Shown in pieces: positions 8,432-18,203 of a stretch of 41,887 bases of DNA. The first letter of the stretch is position 1; the number at the start of each line of letters is the position of its first letter. The translations under genes were made by a program, and so were the position numbers. The notes under the pieces are model-generated. The model had not been told where the DNA came from. It saw nothing but the letters and a program-made list of their open reading frames with translations, and ran no database searches. Location: the NCBI GenBank assembly GCA_021825235.1, contig JAKAIL010000003.1:1-41887 (forward strand), read 5' to 3'. Source of the DNA: Bacteroidota bacterium. GTDB lineage: Bacteria; Bacteroidota; Ignavibacteria; Palsa-1295.

Positions 8432-9418
8432 TCACCTCGCCGCGGTAAGCAGTTCGTCCAACGTGAGGAGTGTTGCATTCCAGGTGGCCCACTCTACTGC
8501 TTGCTGAAGCGCATCTGCTGGAGCAACGCCGTTCGCAATGGCATAGGTATAGGCGGCGCCAAAAACATCGCCGGAACCCGTCGGCTCCAGGACACGCGCC
8601 ATAGGAATGGGAACGTAATGGGTCTTGTCGCGGTGGGCATCGTACAACGTCGCTCCGCGTTCCGCCCGCGTGATAATAAGCGATTGCGGGCGAAGTGCAT
8701 TACGATTCTCTTGCACATAAGCGAGCAGCGCCTCTTCCGATTGCACTTCGGGATCTCCAAACCATCGCGCTTCGAGTTCATTGACCTGAATCGAATCGAC
8801 CAGCCGGAGCCATCGCTTCCAGTCCCGTACGCCGCGCAACTCATAGCGATAGCCGCTTGCAGAATCGTCGCCGGTTACCGAAAGTCCGGCGAACACGAGA
8901 GCATGAACGTCAAGATGTATGTATGGTCTTCGTTTGGCCCGGTCCAGAACAGCTTCCAATGTTCCTATAGATACATCGTAGCCGGACATCATATTGATAA
9001 AGAGCGCGTCGAGCGAGCTTATCAATTCCGGCGTGAGTTCTCGCTCCGTGAGTGTCGGGAGTATATTCGGGCAGTTCGCTGTCCGCTCTCCACGCTCGTC
9101 ATAGACCAGGTACACGCGGTTGGTCGGAAGATCGGTGTGCCACAATCCGGCCTCGCGGTCGATATGGCGGAAGCGCGCGAGCATCGGGTCCAGGAGTGGC
9201 CGGTCCGGTTCGGCGAGCCATGTGAGCGGAACGAAATGGTCCTTGGTGCCAGCATCGTTCATCATCCGCTCCATCGCGGCATAGACGTAAAGAATGCCGC
9301 CGAGGGCATGTCGGCGCGATCCACCCTGTTGTCCCCCCGCCTGTGGGGGTGTTAAAGGGGGAGCGTCCAAATGGACGATTTCGTCAATGCAGGGCTGCCC
9401 GATAATTCCGATTCGCAC
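8432..9418 (-). CDS. PfkB-family carbohydrate kinase
   Basis: QVNELEA, ITRAERGA, EPTGSGDVFGAAY (PfkB signature 2); probable GTG start at 9418. Confidence 0.85.
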   Translation of the reverse strand: MRIGIIGQPCIDEIVHLDAPPLTPPQAGGQQGGSRRHALGGILYVYAAMERMMNDAGTKDHFVPLTWLAEPDRPLLDPMLARFRHIDREAGLWHTDLPTNRVYLVYDERGERTANCPNILPTLTERELTPELISSLDALFINMMSGYDVSIGTLEAVLDRAKRRPYIHLDVHALVFAGLSVTGDDSASGYRYELRGVRDWKRWLRLVDSIQVNELEARWFGDPEVQSEEALLAYVQENRNALRPQSLIITRAERGATLYDAHRDKTHYVPIPMARVLEPTGSGDVFGAAYTYAIANGVAPADALQQAVEWATWNATLLTLDELLTAAR

Positions 9419-9537
9419 AGCTATAGAACTCCGCAACAGCTATCTTCTATCCCAAAGAATCATCCGGGGATTCCGTGGTTCGAGCGAGTCCGGCGGAACT
9501 ATTAAGGCTGTGAGCGGTTAACGTTCGTAGTTTGTCA

Positions 9538-10095
9538 ATGAAAAAACGCCTGTTGTCGCTTTTAGTGCTCGCCGCGAGTCTTTTTGCCTGTACTGCAAGT
9601 GCGCAAGTATCGGTGCATACGCCGCTGGAAGGAATCGTTGTGCGGCTCCATGCCATCCGGTTGAATGGAAGGGCGGACACATTAGATAGTTCCGTACCCT
9701 TTGAATTACATGCCAGGACCGATGTGGATGGGAAATTCATGTTCGGGTATGTGCCGCCCGGCACGTATGCCTTAGGGTGTTCGTATTCGGCTTGTAACCT
9801 TGCCGTCCACAAAATCAAACGTAGCGAGAGTACTGGCGCTTTGACCGAAGGAGGAAACAATGCTTCCAATGATCCTATAATCCGAATTTCGGTCGATGCG
9901 TGCGAAGGAATGGTCTGCAAGGTGGCGGTCGCGAATATTACACCGGACGATTGGTCCGATTCGCAACCCTCCACGACGACGAGAGTTGGAAGAGATTGGA
10001 GCAATCGAATGTCCTGGCTGAAAAACGGGGGTGGCATCATTCTACGTGTGGATGAAACAAGTTCCATAATTTCGGGGAAGATAGAGATAGAATAA
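9538..10095 (+). CDS. Hypothetical secreted protein
   Basis: Signal peptide MKKRLLSLLVLAASLFACTASA; TDVDGKFMFGYVPPGTY resembles carboxypeptidase-regulatory-like beta-sandwich segments. Confidence 0.65.
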   Translation: MKKRLLSLLVLAASLFACTASAQVSVHTPLEGIVVRLHAIRLNGRADTLDSSVPFELHARTDVDGKFMFGYVPPGTYALGCSYSACNLAVHKIKRSESTGALTEGGNNASNDPIIRISVDACEGMVCKVAVANITPDDWSDSQPSTTTRVGRDWSNRMSWLKNGGGIILRVDETSSIISGKIEIE

Positions 10096-10121
10096 ATTAA
10101 GGACCAATGAGTGATGATCCT

Positions 10122-11021
10122 TTACCTAATCTTCCGCTCCAAAAACGTTCGGTTCCAATTACCAAGCGTAGCAACTGTTTCGTACGAGCTTGTTAGAAAT
10201 TCGAGAATCGCCTCATCTGGCGAAGGAAAAATGCGCACATTGTTATAGGGTAAAATAAATTCACCGAGCGTGTCATTCCAATAGGCTCCTTGGGGTCGAA
10301 GGGGAGCTTTTTCCAATCCGGGAAGTGCAGGGTAGCGGTAGGCATAAAAAGCTGGTTCGGGTAGCCGGTTATCGCCAGGCCAGAATCCGGCAGCAAAGTG
10401 CTCCTCATCGTCGCCTACGCGTGCCATGCGGCCGGAGTGGGGAGGTGCACTGCATGGGTTCCCGCAATAGCGCGAGAGGGCCAAGTCGAACGATCCCCAA
10501 TAGAATTGGACCGGGCTGCTTTTGCCTGCAAATCCGGAACGGAACTTCTCGAATATGCCAGCTACCCCCGAAAGCACCACCCAAAACCGGCCAACGGCAT
10601 TTCGATCATACGAGCGATGGAGCATATCGGTGTCGAGTGGAATCTTATTCACCATTTCCTGCGGCGCAGGACTGAGATCGATTTCAATTCCCATAGCGTT
10701 GAGGGAGGACATCAGCCGTTGATAGAATTCCGCGACAGGGCGCGGCGCCAACTCGATCCCATCGGAATTCCCGGTACTATCCATCACTTCGACGATATGC
10801 GAAATAAAATCGAAGCGAATTTCCAGAAGTCGAGAGCCGAAAGGAAGTGGCCCGGTTGTAATTCCGCGCGCCCAGATCGCAAGCGCAACGTGCCACCACT
10901 CCGCAAGCCACGGTGCAAGCGCGAGCTTTATTTTCCCAGCGATTTGTGTGTAGAGATGGAGCGTCTCGTACGTGTCAAGCCACTCAGTATAAGGCAATTC
11001 CGGCCAATAAATTGATTCCAT
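10122..11021 (-). CDS. DUF5996 (Ava_C0101-like) protein
   Basis: WPELPY..W.DT..TLHLYTQI.GKIKL, F.GKSSPV.F.WGSFDLA, GFWPG...EPAFYAY.YP, LGEFILPY. Confidence 0.85.
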   Translation of the reverse strand: MESIYWPELPYTEWLDTYETLHLYTQIAGKIKLALAPWLAEWWHVALAIWARGITTGPLPFGSRLLEIRFDFISHIVEVMDSTGNSDGIELAPRPVAEFYQRLMSSLNAMGIEIDLSPAPQEMVNKIPLDTDMLHRSYDRNAVGRFWVVLSGVAGIFEKFRSGFAGKSSPVQFYWGSFDLALSRYCGNPCSAPPHSGRMARVGDDEEHFAAGFWPGDNRLPEPAFYAYRYPALPGLEKAPLRPQGAYWNDTLGEFILPYNNVRIFPSPDEAILEFLTSSYETVATLGNWNRTFLERKIR

Positions 11022-11070
11022 AATGCACGGTATTCGGCTGGAATGACACGAAGGAACCTTCTTAGGAATT

Positions 11071-12018
11071 CTAGATTACCATCTCTTCCTCCAGCTCGAA
11101 GCTGGAGAGGGTCCGCAGCGCCCGGAATCGGTCGTGAATGAGTTCCATCGATAGGTCCTCGATGCCTTCCGTCGAAAACTTAGAGCAGCAATAGCTTGCC
11201 AGGACCGTGCCATAAATGACGGCGCGCTTCGCATCTTCGTAGTCTTGCGAATTCCGGCGCGCCAGATAGCCAATGAACCCGCCCATGAACGTATCGCCTG
11301 CGCCGGTGGGATCGAAAATCTCTTCCAGCGGATACGCCGGTGCGGAAAAAATATGCTCATCGTAAAAGAGCAGTGCGCCGTGTTCGCCTTTCTTGATAAT
11401 GACGATTCGAGGTGATTCCTCCGCAAGCATTTCCTGCAACTTGCGTCCGGCAACGATCAGGCTTGGATGCTCGATCAGCAAGCGCGCCTCGCTATCGTTG
11501 ATGACGAGCGCGTTGGAAAGCTTAAGTGTGCGCTTGAGGCTCGCCAAGTGTCCTTCGATCCAGAAGTTCATCGTGTCCAGCAAAATCATTTTGGGCCGAC
11601 GGTCCAAGTGCTCAATCACTTGGCGCTGGAGATCGGGCTGGATGTTGCCAAGCACCAGGAAATCGGGCGATTTGAAGTGTTTGGGAACCTGCGGGTTGAA
11701 ATCGGCGAAGACATTTAGGTTCGTCGCGAGCGTGTCCCGCGTGTTCATGTCGTAATGATAGCGGCCATGCCAGGAGAAGGTCTTGCCACCGGGGACGATC
11801 TCGATGCCCGTGGTGTCTATGCCGCGAGTGCGGAATAGGTCCCATGCTCGTTCGGGGAAATCTTCGCCCACAACGCCAACCACACCCACACGCTCGGGCG
11901 CGAAATAGCTCGCGGCAAGTGAAATGAACGTGGCGCTGCCGCCCAGCGCATCTTCCAGCGTGGCGAATGGCGTTTCGATAATATCCAGTGCGAGTGAACC
12001 GACGATGAGTAGTGACAA
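11071..12018 (-). CDS. PfkB-family sugar/nucleoside kinase
   Basis: LLIVGSLALD.IETPF, LGGSAT, INDSEA, KKGEHGA, DPTGAGDTFMGG; probable TTG start at 12018. Confidence 0.9.
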   Translation of the reverse strand: MSLLIVGSLALDIIETPFATLEDALGGSATFISLAASYFAPERVGVVGVVGEDFPERAWDLFRTRGIDTTGIEIVPGGKTFSWHGRYHYDMNTRDTLATNLNVFADFNPQVPKHFKSPDFLVLGNIQPDLQRQVIEHLDRRPKMILLDTMNFWIEGHLASLKRTLKLSNALVINDSEARLLIEHPSLIVAGRKLQEMLAEESPRIVIIKKGEHGALLFYDEHIFSAPAYPLEEIFDPTGAGDTFMGGFIGYLARRNSQDYEDAKRAVIYGTVLASYCCSKFSTEGIEDLSMELIHDRFRALRTLSSFELEEEMVI

Positions 12019-12103
12019 AGTAAGTGCTAAAAGTGCTGTTAGTGCTGAGGTGCTAATATCTCTGCTGAGGGTGGGATAACACTGGTAGGACTGGGAAAGC
12101 TTC

Positions 12104-12147
12104 ATCCCGCCGGTGGACGCGGAAGCTCCAACTTCCACGGCGGGGAC
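12104..12147. repeat. REP-like palindrome, adjacent to ~8-mer AGTGCT repeats (12019-12070)
   Basis: TCCCGCCGGTGGA...TCCACGGCGGGGA imperfect inverted repeat. Confidence 0.55.
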
Positions 12148-12185
12148 TAACTTAGCCAGCAAAGGTGTTGTTGAAACAGACAAAA

Positions 12186-12497
12186 ATGGATACTACTTCA
12201 CGGTGGAACGCGAGTCCTGTGACTGCTTTGAAGCTCACATCGCTTTCCATGCTTGTGTGGGTCACAGCGCTTCTTACGAAAGCAGGGGTCGATGCATTCA
12301 TGTCGTCGGCCGCTCCCCATCTGCATGCATCGAGCCATGTGTGGGGTATTTTGTTCATGCCTCAGCTAATGCTGCTTGCATATTCAGCCTTTAGAATTCA
12401 CAAAATACCGTTTTGGAAAAATGTCCTGGTCACGTCAATTTTATCCATTGCCGTTGCGATTGTGATAAGTTTCGGTTTTTGCTGGATGATGTCATAA
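12186..12497 (+). CDS. Small hypothetical membrane protein
   Basis: About 3 hydrophobic segments; AT-richer DNA. Confidence 0.5.
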   Translation: MDTTSRWNASPVTALKLTSLSMLVWVTALLTKAGVDAFMSSAAPHLHASSHVWGILFMPQLMLLAYSAFRIHKIPFWKNVLVTSILSIAVAIVISFGFCWMMS

Positions 12498-12507
12498 GTG
12501 TGCAACG

Positions 12508-12846
12508 ATGGAATTGCTATGTGGCAAGTTGGGAATGATATTGCTTGGCATATTCTGTTTCCTCGTTGGTGCTCTGGTCGCTATTGTAGCAAGCCGTAAG
12601 AATATCAAAAGCAAACGTCCTCGCTGGTTAGCGCTTATTCTGCTTTCTGTGGGTTCATTTCTGGTTAGTGCGCAATTGTTGTTTCCTAAAGTTTTAGAGG
12701 ACCACTTTTCTCTGCTACGCTATGTCATTAAGGGTGTAGCTATTATGATGCCTGTCTATGTAAGTGTAGCGGCTGATTTTGTCCGATCCCTCAGAAGAAG
12801 GGGACATCACCCTTCTGCGAACCAGCAATCGAGTTCAATTCCATGA
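12508..12846 (+). CDS. Small hypothetical membrane protein
   Basis: About 3 hydrophobic segments separated by a basic loop (RKNIKSKRPR). Confidence 0.55.
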   Translation: MELLCGKLGMILLGIFCFLVGALVAIVASRKNIKSKRPRWLALILLSVGSFLVSAQLLFPKVLEDHFSLLRYVIKGVAIMMPVYVSVAADFVRSLRRRGHHPSANQQSSSIP

Positions 12847-12906
12847 TTAACGACTGGTCGGATGCTGCGAGGCACGTTCTGAGTTCAATGTTGTTGTTTT
12901 TTACAA

Positions 12907-13170
12907 ATGCGTTCAATATTCATTTACACACTCATCCTTCTCGGCCTCTATCTTTCCTGGCTCTCGACGCGACCGCGCTTCAAAAGCGGGCTCATCAATA
13001 CGGTGCTTTATGGTTTGTCCATGGGCTTTATTGCCGGCGGTATTGTGTCTCTCTTCCCTGCGCTCGATCATGAGTCCTGGCCGTGGCCTTTGGTTCTGAT
13101 CACCTTCGGGGCCGGATTATTGCCAACAGTAGTCGAACTATTAGAGAGGCGCTTTCCGAGACATTCCTAA
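12907..13170 (+). CDS. Small hypothetical membrane protein
   Basis: About 3 hydrophobic segments; ends just upstream of the GrpB gene. Confidence 0.55.
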   Translation: MRSIFIYTLILLGLYLSWLSTRPRFKSGLINTVLYGLSMGFIAGGIVSLFPALDHESWPWPLVLITFGAGLLPTVVELLERRFPRHS

Positions 13171-13177
13171 TTGATCG

Positions 13178-13750
13178 ATGCCCCGATCCCGCACCACCAC
13201 CGAAGAAGACATCCGCGCTGCCACGATTGGCGAGGTGCGCGCACTGAACGAACAGATTCGGCTGCTGGAATACGATCCCGCATGGCCGGTGCTTTTCGAG
13301 CTGGAGGCAGCCAAAATTCGGAGCGCGCTGGGGGAGCGCGTACTCCAGCTCGATCATGTCGGTTCCACTTCCGTTCCTGGACTTTCAGCGAAACCCATCC
13401 TCGATCTATTGCTCGCAGTCGAAAACTCTGCAGAGGAAGGTGCTTACGTTCCAGAAATGGAAGCGGCCGGATATGTTCTGCACAATCGGGAACCCAAATG
13501 GTACGAGCACCGCATGTTCAAAGGGACCGGTCCGGCGGTAAATCTCCATGTCTTTTCGACGGATTGCCCGGAGATCGAGCGCATGGTCCGCTTCCGCGAC
13601 TGGCTGCGTTCCAGCGAAGCCGACCGCGAACTCTACTTGTGCACTAAGCGCGAACTTGCCCAGCGCACCTGGAAATTCACTCAGAATTACGCGGATGCGA
13701 AGACGGAAGTGGTGGAAGAAATTCTAGAACGGGCAGGAAAATCTCTTTAG
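13178..13750 (+). CDS. GrpB/UPF0157-family protein
   Basis: YDPAWP..F..E, HVGSTSVPGLSAKPILD, NLHVF, FRDWLR, Y...KRELA, YADAK. Confidence 0.9.
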   Translation: MPRSRTTTEEDIRAATIGEVRALNEQIRLLEYDPAWPVLFELEAAKIRSALGERVLQLDHVGSTSVPGLSAKPILDLLLAVENSAEEGAYVPEMEAAGYVLHNREPKWYEHRMFKGTGPAVNLHVFSTDCPEIERMVRFRDWLRSSEADRELYLCTKRELAQRTWKFTQNYADAKTEVVEEILERAGKSL

Positions 13751-13892
13751 CGTAGGTAAAAAATTTGTCGCTGGTGTGTATGAATTTCTTACATTGCCCT
13801 TGCACTGAGAGGCCCTTGCACAGGCGAAACGCGTTGGATTACCAATTGCCATGCGCGGTGGAATGCTGGAGCCCTCATTCGGTTGCGAATTT

Positions 13893-15182
13893 ATGCGCGC
13901 CAAGGATAGCAAGGCGAAACGGCGACGGTGCGGAACTGCGCTCGTTATGGCAGGCATCGTCGTTGTCCTCCTTCACGGCTGCTTTGATTTTTCGATGCCA
14001 AGGTTCGACTTTGGAAGTAACTGGCACGGGCCATCCGATACAGGAGGCACTTCGTTAACCCCTCAAGTCTGGCAGCCCTACATTTCCGGTGCGTTTCAGG
14101 GCAGCGCGGATATTATCATCACCTGCGGCCCGGTGGAGCATGCCTTCTCGCGCTACGGAGTCATTCTTTCCGACGGGGTAACGAAGGACACGATCCAAGT
14201 CGATAGTGCGATCCTTTACGAGGCAACGGTAACTCTTTCCGGCCTGAAGGCGGGTACGACCTACACCGTCTGGTCTTACATAATGGGGCCTGCGGACTTG
14301 AGTCCACCGGCCACGTTCGTCGAGACGGACGATTTTGGGAACTGGAAACAGGTCGCGGACCCGCCCTTCTCGCCCTGCTACGGAAATCTCTATTTCGCGG
14401 CAGAAGCCAAGGCCTTTGTGGTGACGGGTTCGGCGTACCAGCGGTCGTTGTTCACGTACTCACCTTCTCTCAATCGGTGGGACAGCTTGAGCCTGGGTGC
14501 CTCGAACTTCGGAAATGCAGCCGTTGCAAATAATACGTGCTTCCTCACGTCCGGTTCGGGATTCGAACAGTTCGATCCCATCCAGGGAGAGTTCGTGTTC
14601 GATTGGAGTCCACCGCCTTCGGCTGCCGCCTGGCCTGGGCTTTTCTTCACAGATGCGACATCCCTGTATTGGAGTTCCGGAAGTTCCTACGCCACGGGTG
14701 GCTCGCAGTACGACCGTTCGCTCTGGAGATTTTCACTCGATTCGGAGACCTGGACGCGGTTGCACGATGCCCCAATCAATCCGGCCAACACGCTCAACTC
14801 CGGCTTTTTTGCAGACGGCAATTACGTCTTTTCCGGGATGCCATACCGCAACTCCGCAACGTGGCCGGACAGTTGCTGGCATTACAACGCTTCCACGGAT
14901 TCGTGGGCCGTTCAAGACGTGACTGATCCCACTTCCGGCACGCGGCAATTCGCAGGAGTGATGGGGCAGGGTTTTGCTTTTGCGCATTTTACCAGCTCGG
15001 GCGGGGGTACGATCTCGATTCTCACACCTGGCACGCAAACCTGGACGCCGATGGCTCCGCTGCCGCTGTGCACTGGCACCGTCTCCTGGTACTGGCAGGT
15101 CATGACGGACAGATCGAATCTGTACCTCATCTATGGTAACGCCAACGGTTCGCGGCGGGCCTGCTGGAAGTACGTTCCTTAG
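13893..15182 (+). CDS. Putative lipoprotein with FN3-like and Kelch-like repeats (start uncertain)
   Basis: VVVLLHGC lipobox; LSGLKAGTTYTV (FN3-like); repeated Y/F-x-P-x-x-x-x-W blades. Confidence 0.65.
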   Translation: MRAKDSKAKRRRCGTALVMAGIVVVLLHGCFDFSMPRFDFGSNWHGPSDTGGTSLTPQVWQPYISGAFQGSADIIITCGPVEHAFSRYGVILSDGVTKDTIQVDSAILYEATVTLSGLKAGTTYTVWSYIMGPADLSPPATFVETDDFGNWKQVADPPFSPCYGNLYFAAEAKAFVVTGSAYQRSLFTYSPSLNRWDSLSLGASNFGNAAVANNTCFLTSGSGFEQFDPIQGEFVFDWSPPPSAAAWPGLFFTDATSLYWSSGSSYATGGSQYDRSLWRFSLDSETWTRLHDAPINPANTLNSGFFADGNYVFSGMPYRNSATWPDSCWHYNASTDSWAVQDVTDPTSGTRQFAGVMGQGFAFAHFTSSGGGTISILTPGTQTWTPMAPLPLCTGTVSWYWQVMTDRSNLYLIYGNANGSRRACWKYVP

Positions 15183-15267
15183 CGATAAGCAATCCGCCTC
15201 CATTTGATTCTGTACTTTTCCCCCGGCGGGCATTAACTCCGTTCTCCATCCGTTCCTCGTCTCACGG

Positions 15268-17886
15268 ATGATCGCTCGGCTCGCTCTCGGATTCCTGCTT
15301 CTGCCAGCAATGGTGCTGGCGCAAGGCATGGACATGCGTAGCACGTCCAGCCAGGACTCGCTTCCCTTATTGCCGGAGGCAAAGCGATTGGTACATCCAC
15401 CCGGCGTGGCGCTCGTCCTTTCCGGCGGGGGACTCAAAGGCTTTGCCCATATTGGCGTGCTCGATGTGCTCGATTCTGCGCACGTTCCTATTGATTTAAT
15501 CACGGGTACCAGCATTGGAGCGGTGGTCGGAGGGCTGTATGCCGCCGGCTACACGCCGAAACAGCTCGAGCAATTTGCGGAGTCTATTAACTGGCCGGAT
15601 GTCCTTGGCCTAACCGGCGAATCCAATCGTTCCGAACGAACGCTTAGCGAAAAGGACATGAACCACTCGTTGCTCTCGCTACGCTTCACCGGATTTTTCG
15701 ATCCGGTCATTCCGCAAGCCATTTCGAATGGCGAACGGCTGACCATGCTGTTGAACGAAATGGTATTGGGGGCACCAGCGGGCGTTCCCCGCGATTTTCT
15801 TCGCGACCTTCGGGTTCCCTTCGTGGCTGTTACTACCGATATTGTCCATGGCACCCGCCGCCTGCTTACCCGTGGTGATTTGACGGAAGCACTCCGGGCG
15901 AGTGCAACACTGCCGCTCCGATTTAGTCCGCTGCCGATCAATACGGGTTCCACAGAGGGCGATTCTGCCATTCTGATGGATGGCGGGCTCATCTCGAACA
16001 TTCCAGCCGATGTCGCAAAGGAGTTCGGAGCGTCGCGCATCATTGTGTCCAACGCGACGGCGGGTCTCCACCCGCGTAACGAACTGAATACACCGTGGGA
16101 TGTAGCCGATCAGGTGATTACGCTGATGATGCTGCGGGAGAACGCCAAGGAACTCCGATATTCGAATTGTACCATTACCCCGGAACTTTCTGGAATCGAT
16201 GAGAACGATTATTCGAAAATTCCGGAGTTTATCGAAGCCGGTCGTGAAGCCGCGCGTGCCATGCTGCCGGAGATCGAGCGGGATATTGCAGCGGTAAAAG
16301 ATCCCACACCGCCTGCCGTACCGGAAGATACACTGTTGCCCGTGCTTCGCGCAATTCGAATGATCGGAACGCAGCACCGATATGTGGATTCCGCGGTCCT
16401 GTTCGATCGTTCCCTGCTCGACCAGCCATTACTGCGTTCCCAGAACATGAAGGCCATCGAGCAGCGAGTTCTCCAGGATTACCGGTCCCAGGGTTTCAGT
16501 TTGGTCCGAATCGATAGTGTGGTATTGCGGACAACTATTGGCCGCGCTGATTTATATGTAGATGAAGGCCACATTGGACGAATTGCCGTTCGCGGGAGCG
16601 AAAACACCGATACGGATTTTGCCTTGCGCGAAGTAGCATTTCACCCCGGTGATATTTTCCGCGCTACGGCGGGCAAACAATCGTTGCAAAATCTGACGGG
16701 TACCGGGCTATTCGATTTCGCGATTCTTCAAGTAGCCTACGATACCCTATGGCCTGGAACCCAGTATATTCGAACCGCAGATACATTTGCTTATCCGGAA
16801 GGTGCGCCATCGTTTGGGCCTTCGGTGATCCTCACCGTCCATTCGGAGAGTCCGAATGTGTTGCGCCTCGGCGTGCTGGCGGATAATGAATTCGGTGCTG
16901 AGTTTTCCGCGCAATTGGCGAACGAAAATATCAGTGGAAGCGGAATGGAATATGTGCTAACCGGAAGTATCGGTTCCCAGGCGCGGTCCGCTTCGTTGGC
17001 CTTTTCCGCGCCGCGTTTGCTGCACGGCTTCGGGGTGCTCGATGCACGCGCCTATGCTGGCTACCGTGATATTAACGCGTATGCCGTTCTTACGGATGTT
17101 ACCCAACAGAGCATCCGCAATACCGTGACGGATGTGGTGCGGGAATCGAGAGACTGGGGTATCCGCCTCCGCCTGGGTGGCCAGATCGAGCGCCTGGGTG
17201 CGCTAACCGTGGCACTCCGGGCCGAAAAGCAATCCTGGTTCAGTGTGCGCGACAGCGTGGGGGATAGCGGCTCGGACCAGGTGCGGGCACTGCGTGCTCA
17301 ATTGCTCCTCGATTCCCGCGATGATGCAAACTATCCTCATACCGGCAGTTACGTTCGCGGTTACGCAGAGACGGGCCTAACGCTGCTCGGAGTAGGAACG
17401 AATTACACGAAACTATTCGGAGAAGTAGCGCAGGCAATCCCGCTTTCTCCCCTGCATACCCTTATACCTCGGTTCCAGGTAGGCTTTGCCGATGCCGAAT
17501 TGCCCCGGCTCGAACAATTCGATTTGGGCGGCATGGAATCCTTTTATGGATTGAACGAATATGAATTGCGCGGAAAGCAGATGGTGGAAGGGAGCTTAAC
17601 CTACCAGATCGCAATCCCTCACGCTCTCTTTTTCCCGACGTTCGTCTCCGTGCGTTATGATGTGGGTGCTGTTTGGCCCGAGCCGGCTGCGATTAAATTC
17701 GAGTCCCTCTTGGACGGTATTGGCGCTCAGGTCGGAGTCAAAACGCCGCTCGGGCTCGCTCAGTTTGGAATCGGCGAGAATTTCCGCTTTGTTAAAGTAC
17801 CTGGTACGTCGCCGCTAAGGGAGCCATCGCATGTAATTGCGTGGAATGCTCCGCACTTCTACTTCTCGATCGGTTCCCGGCTGTAG
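15268..17886 (+). CDS. Patatin phospholipase-POTRA-Omp85 barrel fusion (PlpD/type Vd-like)
   Basis: Signal peptide; LSGGGLKG, GTSIG, DGG patatin motifs; POTRA-like VDEGHIGRIAVRG...LTGTGLF; barrel ending FYFSIGSRL. Confidence 0.85.
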   Translation: MIARLALGFLLLPAMVLAQGMDMRSTSSQDSLPLLPEAKRLVHPPGVALVLSGGGLKGFAHIGVLDVLDSAHVPIDLITGTSIGAVVGGLYAAGYTPKQLEQFAESINWPDVLGLTGESNRSERTLSEKDMNHSLLSLRFTGFFDPVIPQAISNGERLTMLLNEMVLGAPAGVPRDFLRDLRVPFVAVTTDIVHGTRRLLTRGDLTEALRASATLPLRFSPLPINTGSTEGDSAILMDGGLISNIPADVAKEFGASRIIVSNATAGLHPRNELNTPWDVADQVITLMMLRENAKELRYSNCTITPELSGIDENDYSKIPEFIEAGREAARAMLPEIERDIAAVKDPTPPAVPEDTLLPVLRAIRMIGTQHRYVDSAVLFDRSLLDQPLLRSQNMKAIEQRVLQDYRSQGFSLVRIDSVVLRTTIGRADLYVDEGHIGRIAVRGSENTDTDFALREVAFHPGDIFRATAGKQSLQNLTGTGLFDFAILQVAYDTLWPGTQYIRTADTFAYPEGAPSFGPSVILTVHSESPNVLRLGVLADNEFGAEFSAQLANENISGSGMEYVLTGSIGSQARSASLAFSAPRLLHGFGVLDARAYAGYRDINAYAVLTDVTQQSIRNTVTDVVRESRDWGIRLRLGGQIERLGALTVALRAEKQSWFSVRDSVGDSGSDQVRALRAQLLLDSRDDANYPHTGSYVRGYAETGLTLLGVGTNYTKLFGEVAQAIPLSPLHTLIPRFQVGFADAELPRLEQFDLGGMESFYGLNEYELRGKQMVEGSLTYQIAIPHALFFPTFVSVRYDVGAVWPEPAAIKFESLLDGIGAQVGVKTPLGLAQFGIGENFRFVKVPGTSPLREPSHVIAWNAPHFYFSIGSRL

Positions 17887-18104
17887 TACCTAAAAGCGAA
17901 TGCGTATTGTGCTCTGCGATAGGACCGCGCCAACTGTGGTTCCCATTTTCGGGGACAAGGACAACATCGGGTTTCCTTTCCGCGCGACGCGCATGGCAAG
18001 CATCTCCCTTGTCATTCCTGCGAATGCGGGTACTTAGGCCCCGGATCACACTAAACCTTGGGTCCCCGCTTTCACCAGAAGGACAAGTAAACCACTTGCA
18101 CCGT

Positions 18105-18135
18105 AAAAAACCCCGGAGCGAAATTCGCGCCGGGG
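18105..18135 (-). terminator. Intrinsic terminator of the 18204-19166 gene
   Basis: Minus strand CCCCGGCGCGAA-T-TTCGCTCCGGGG followed by TTTTTT. Confidence 0.75.
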
Positions 18136-18203
18136 CCTGTTCTTTCTCTTCTTTTAAGACGCCAGTAATAGGTTGGTCTTCGTTGTAACCCGCACTATAG
18201 GGT

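Noticed and set aside
12019-12183. N-terminal extensions of ORF calls (pfkB; likewise nrfC 20640, cyc2 24321 and 31001, tolC 37700)
   Set aside because: Extensions run through repeats or UTRs; family motifs and signal peptides begin at downstream starts
17930-18090. Small ORFs between the patatin gene and the lipoprotein
   Set aside because: Region looks like degenerate GTCATTCC-GCG-type REP halves and a terminator; no coding signal
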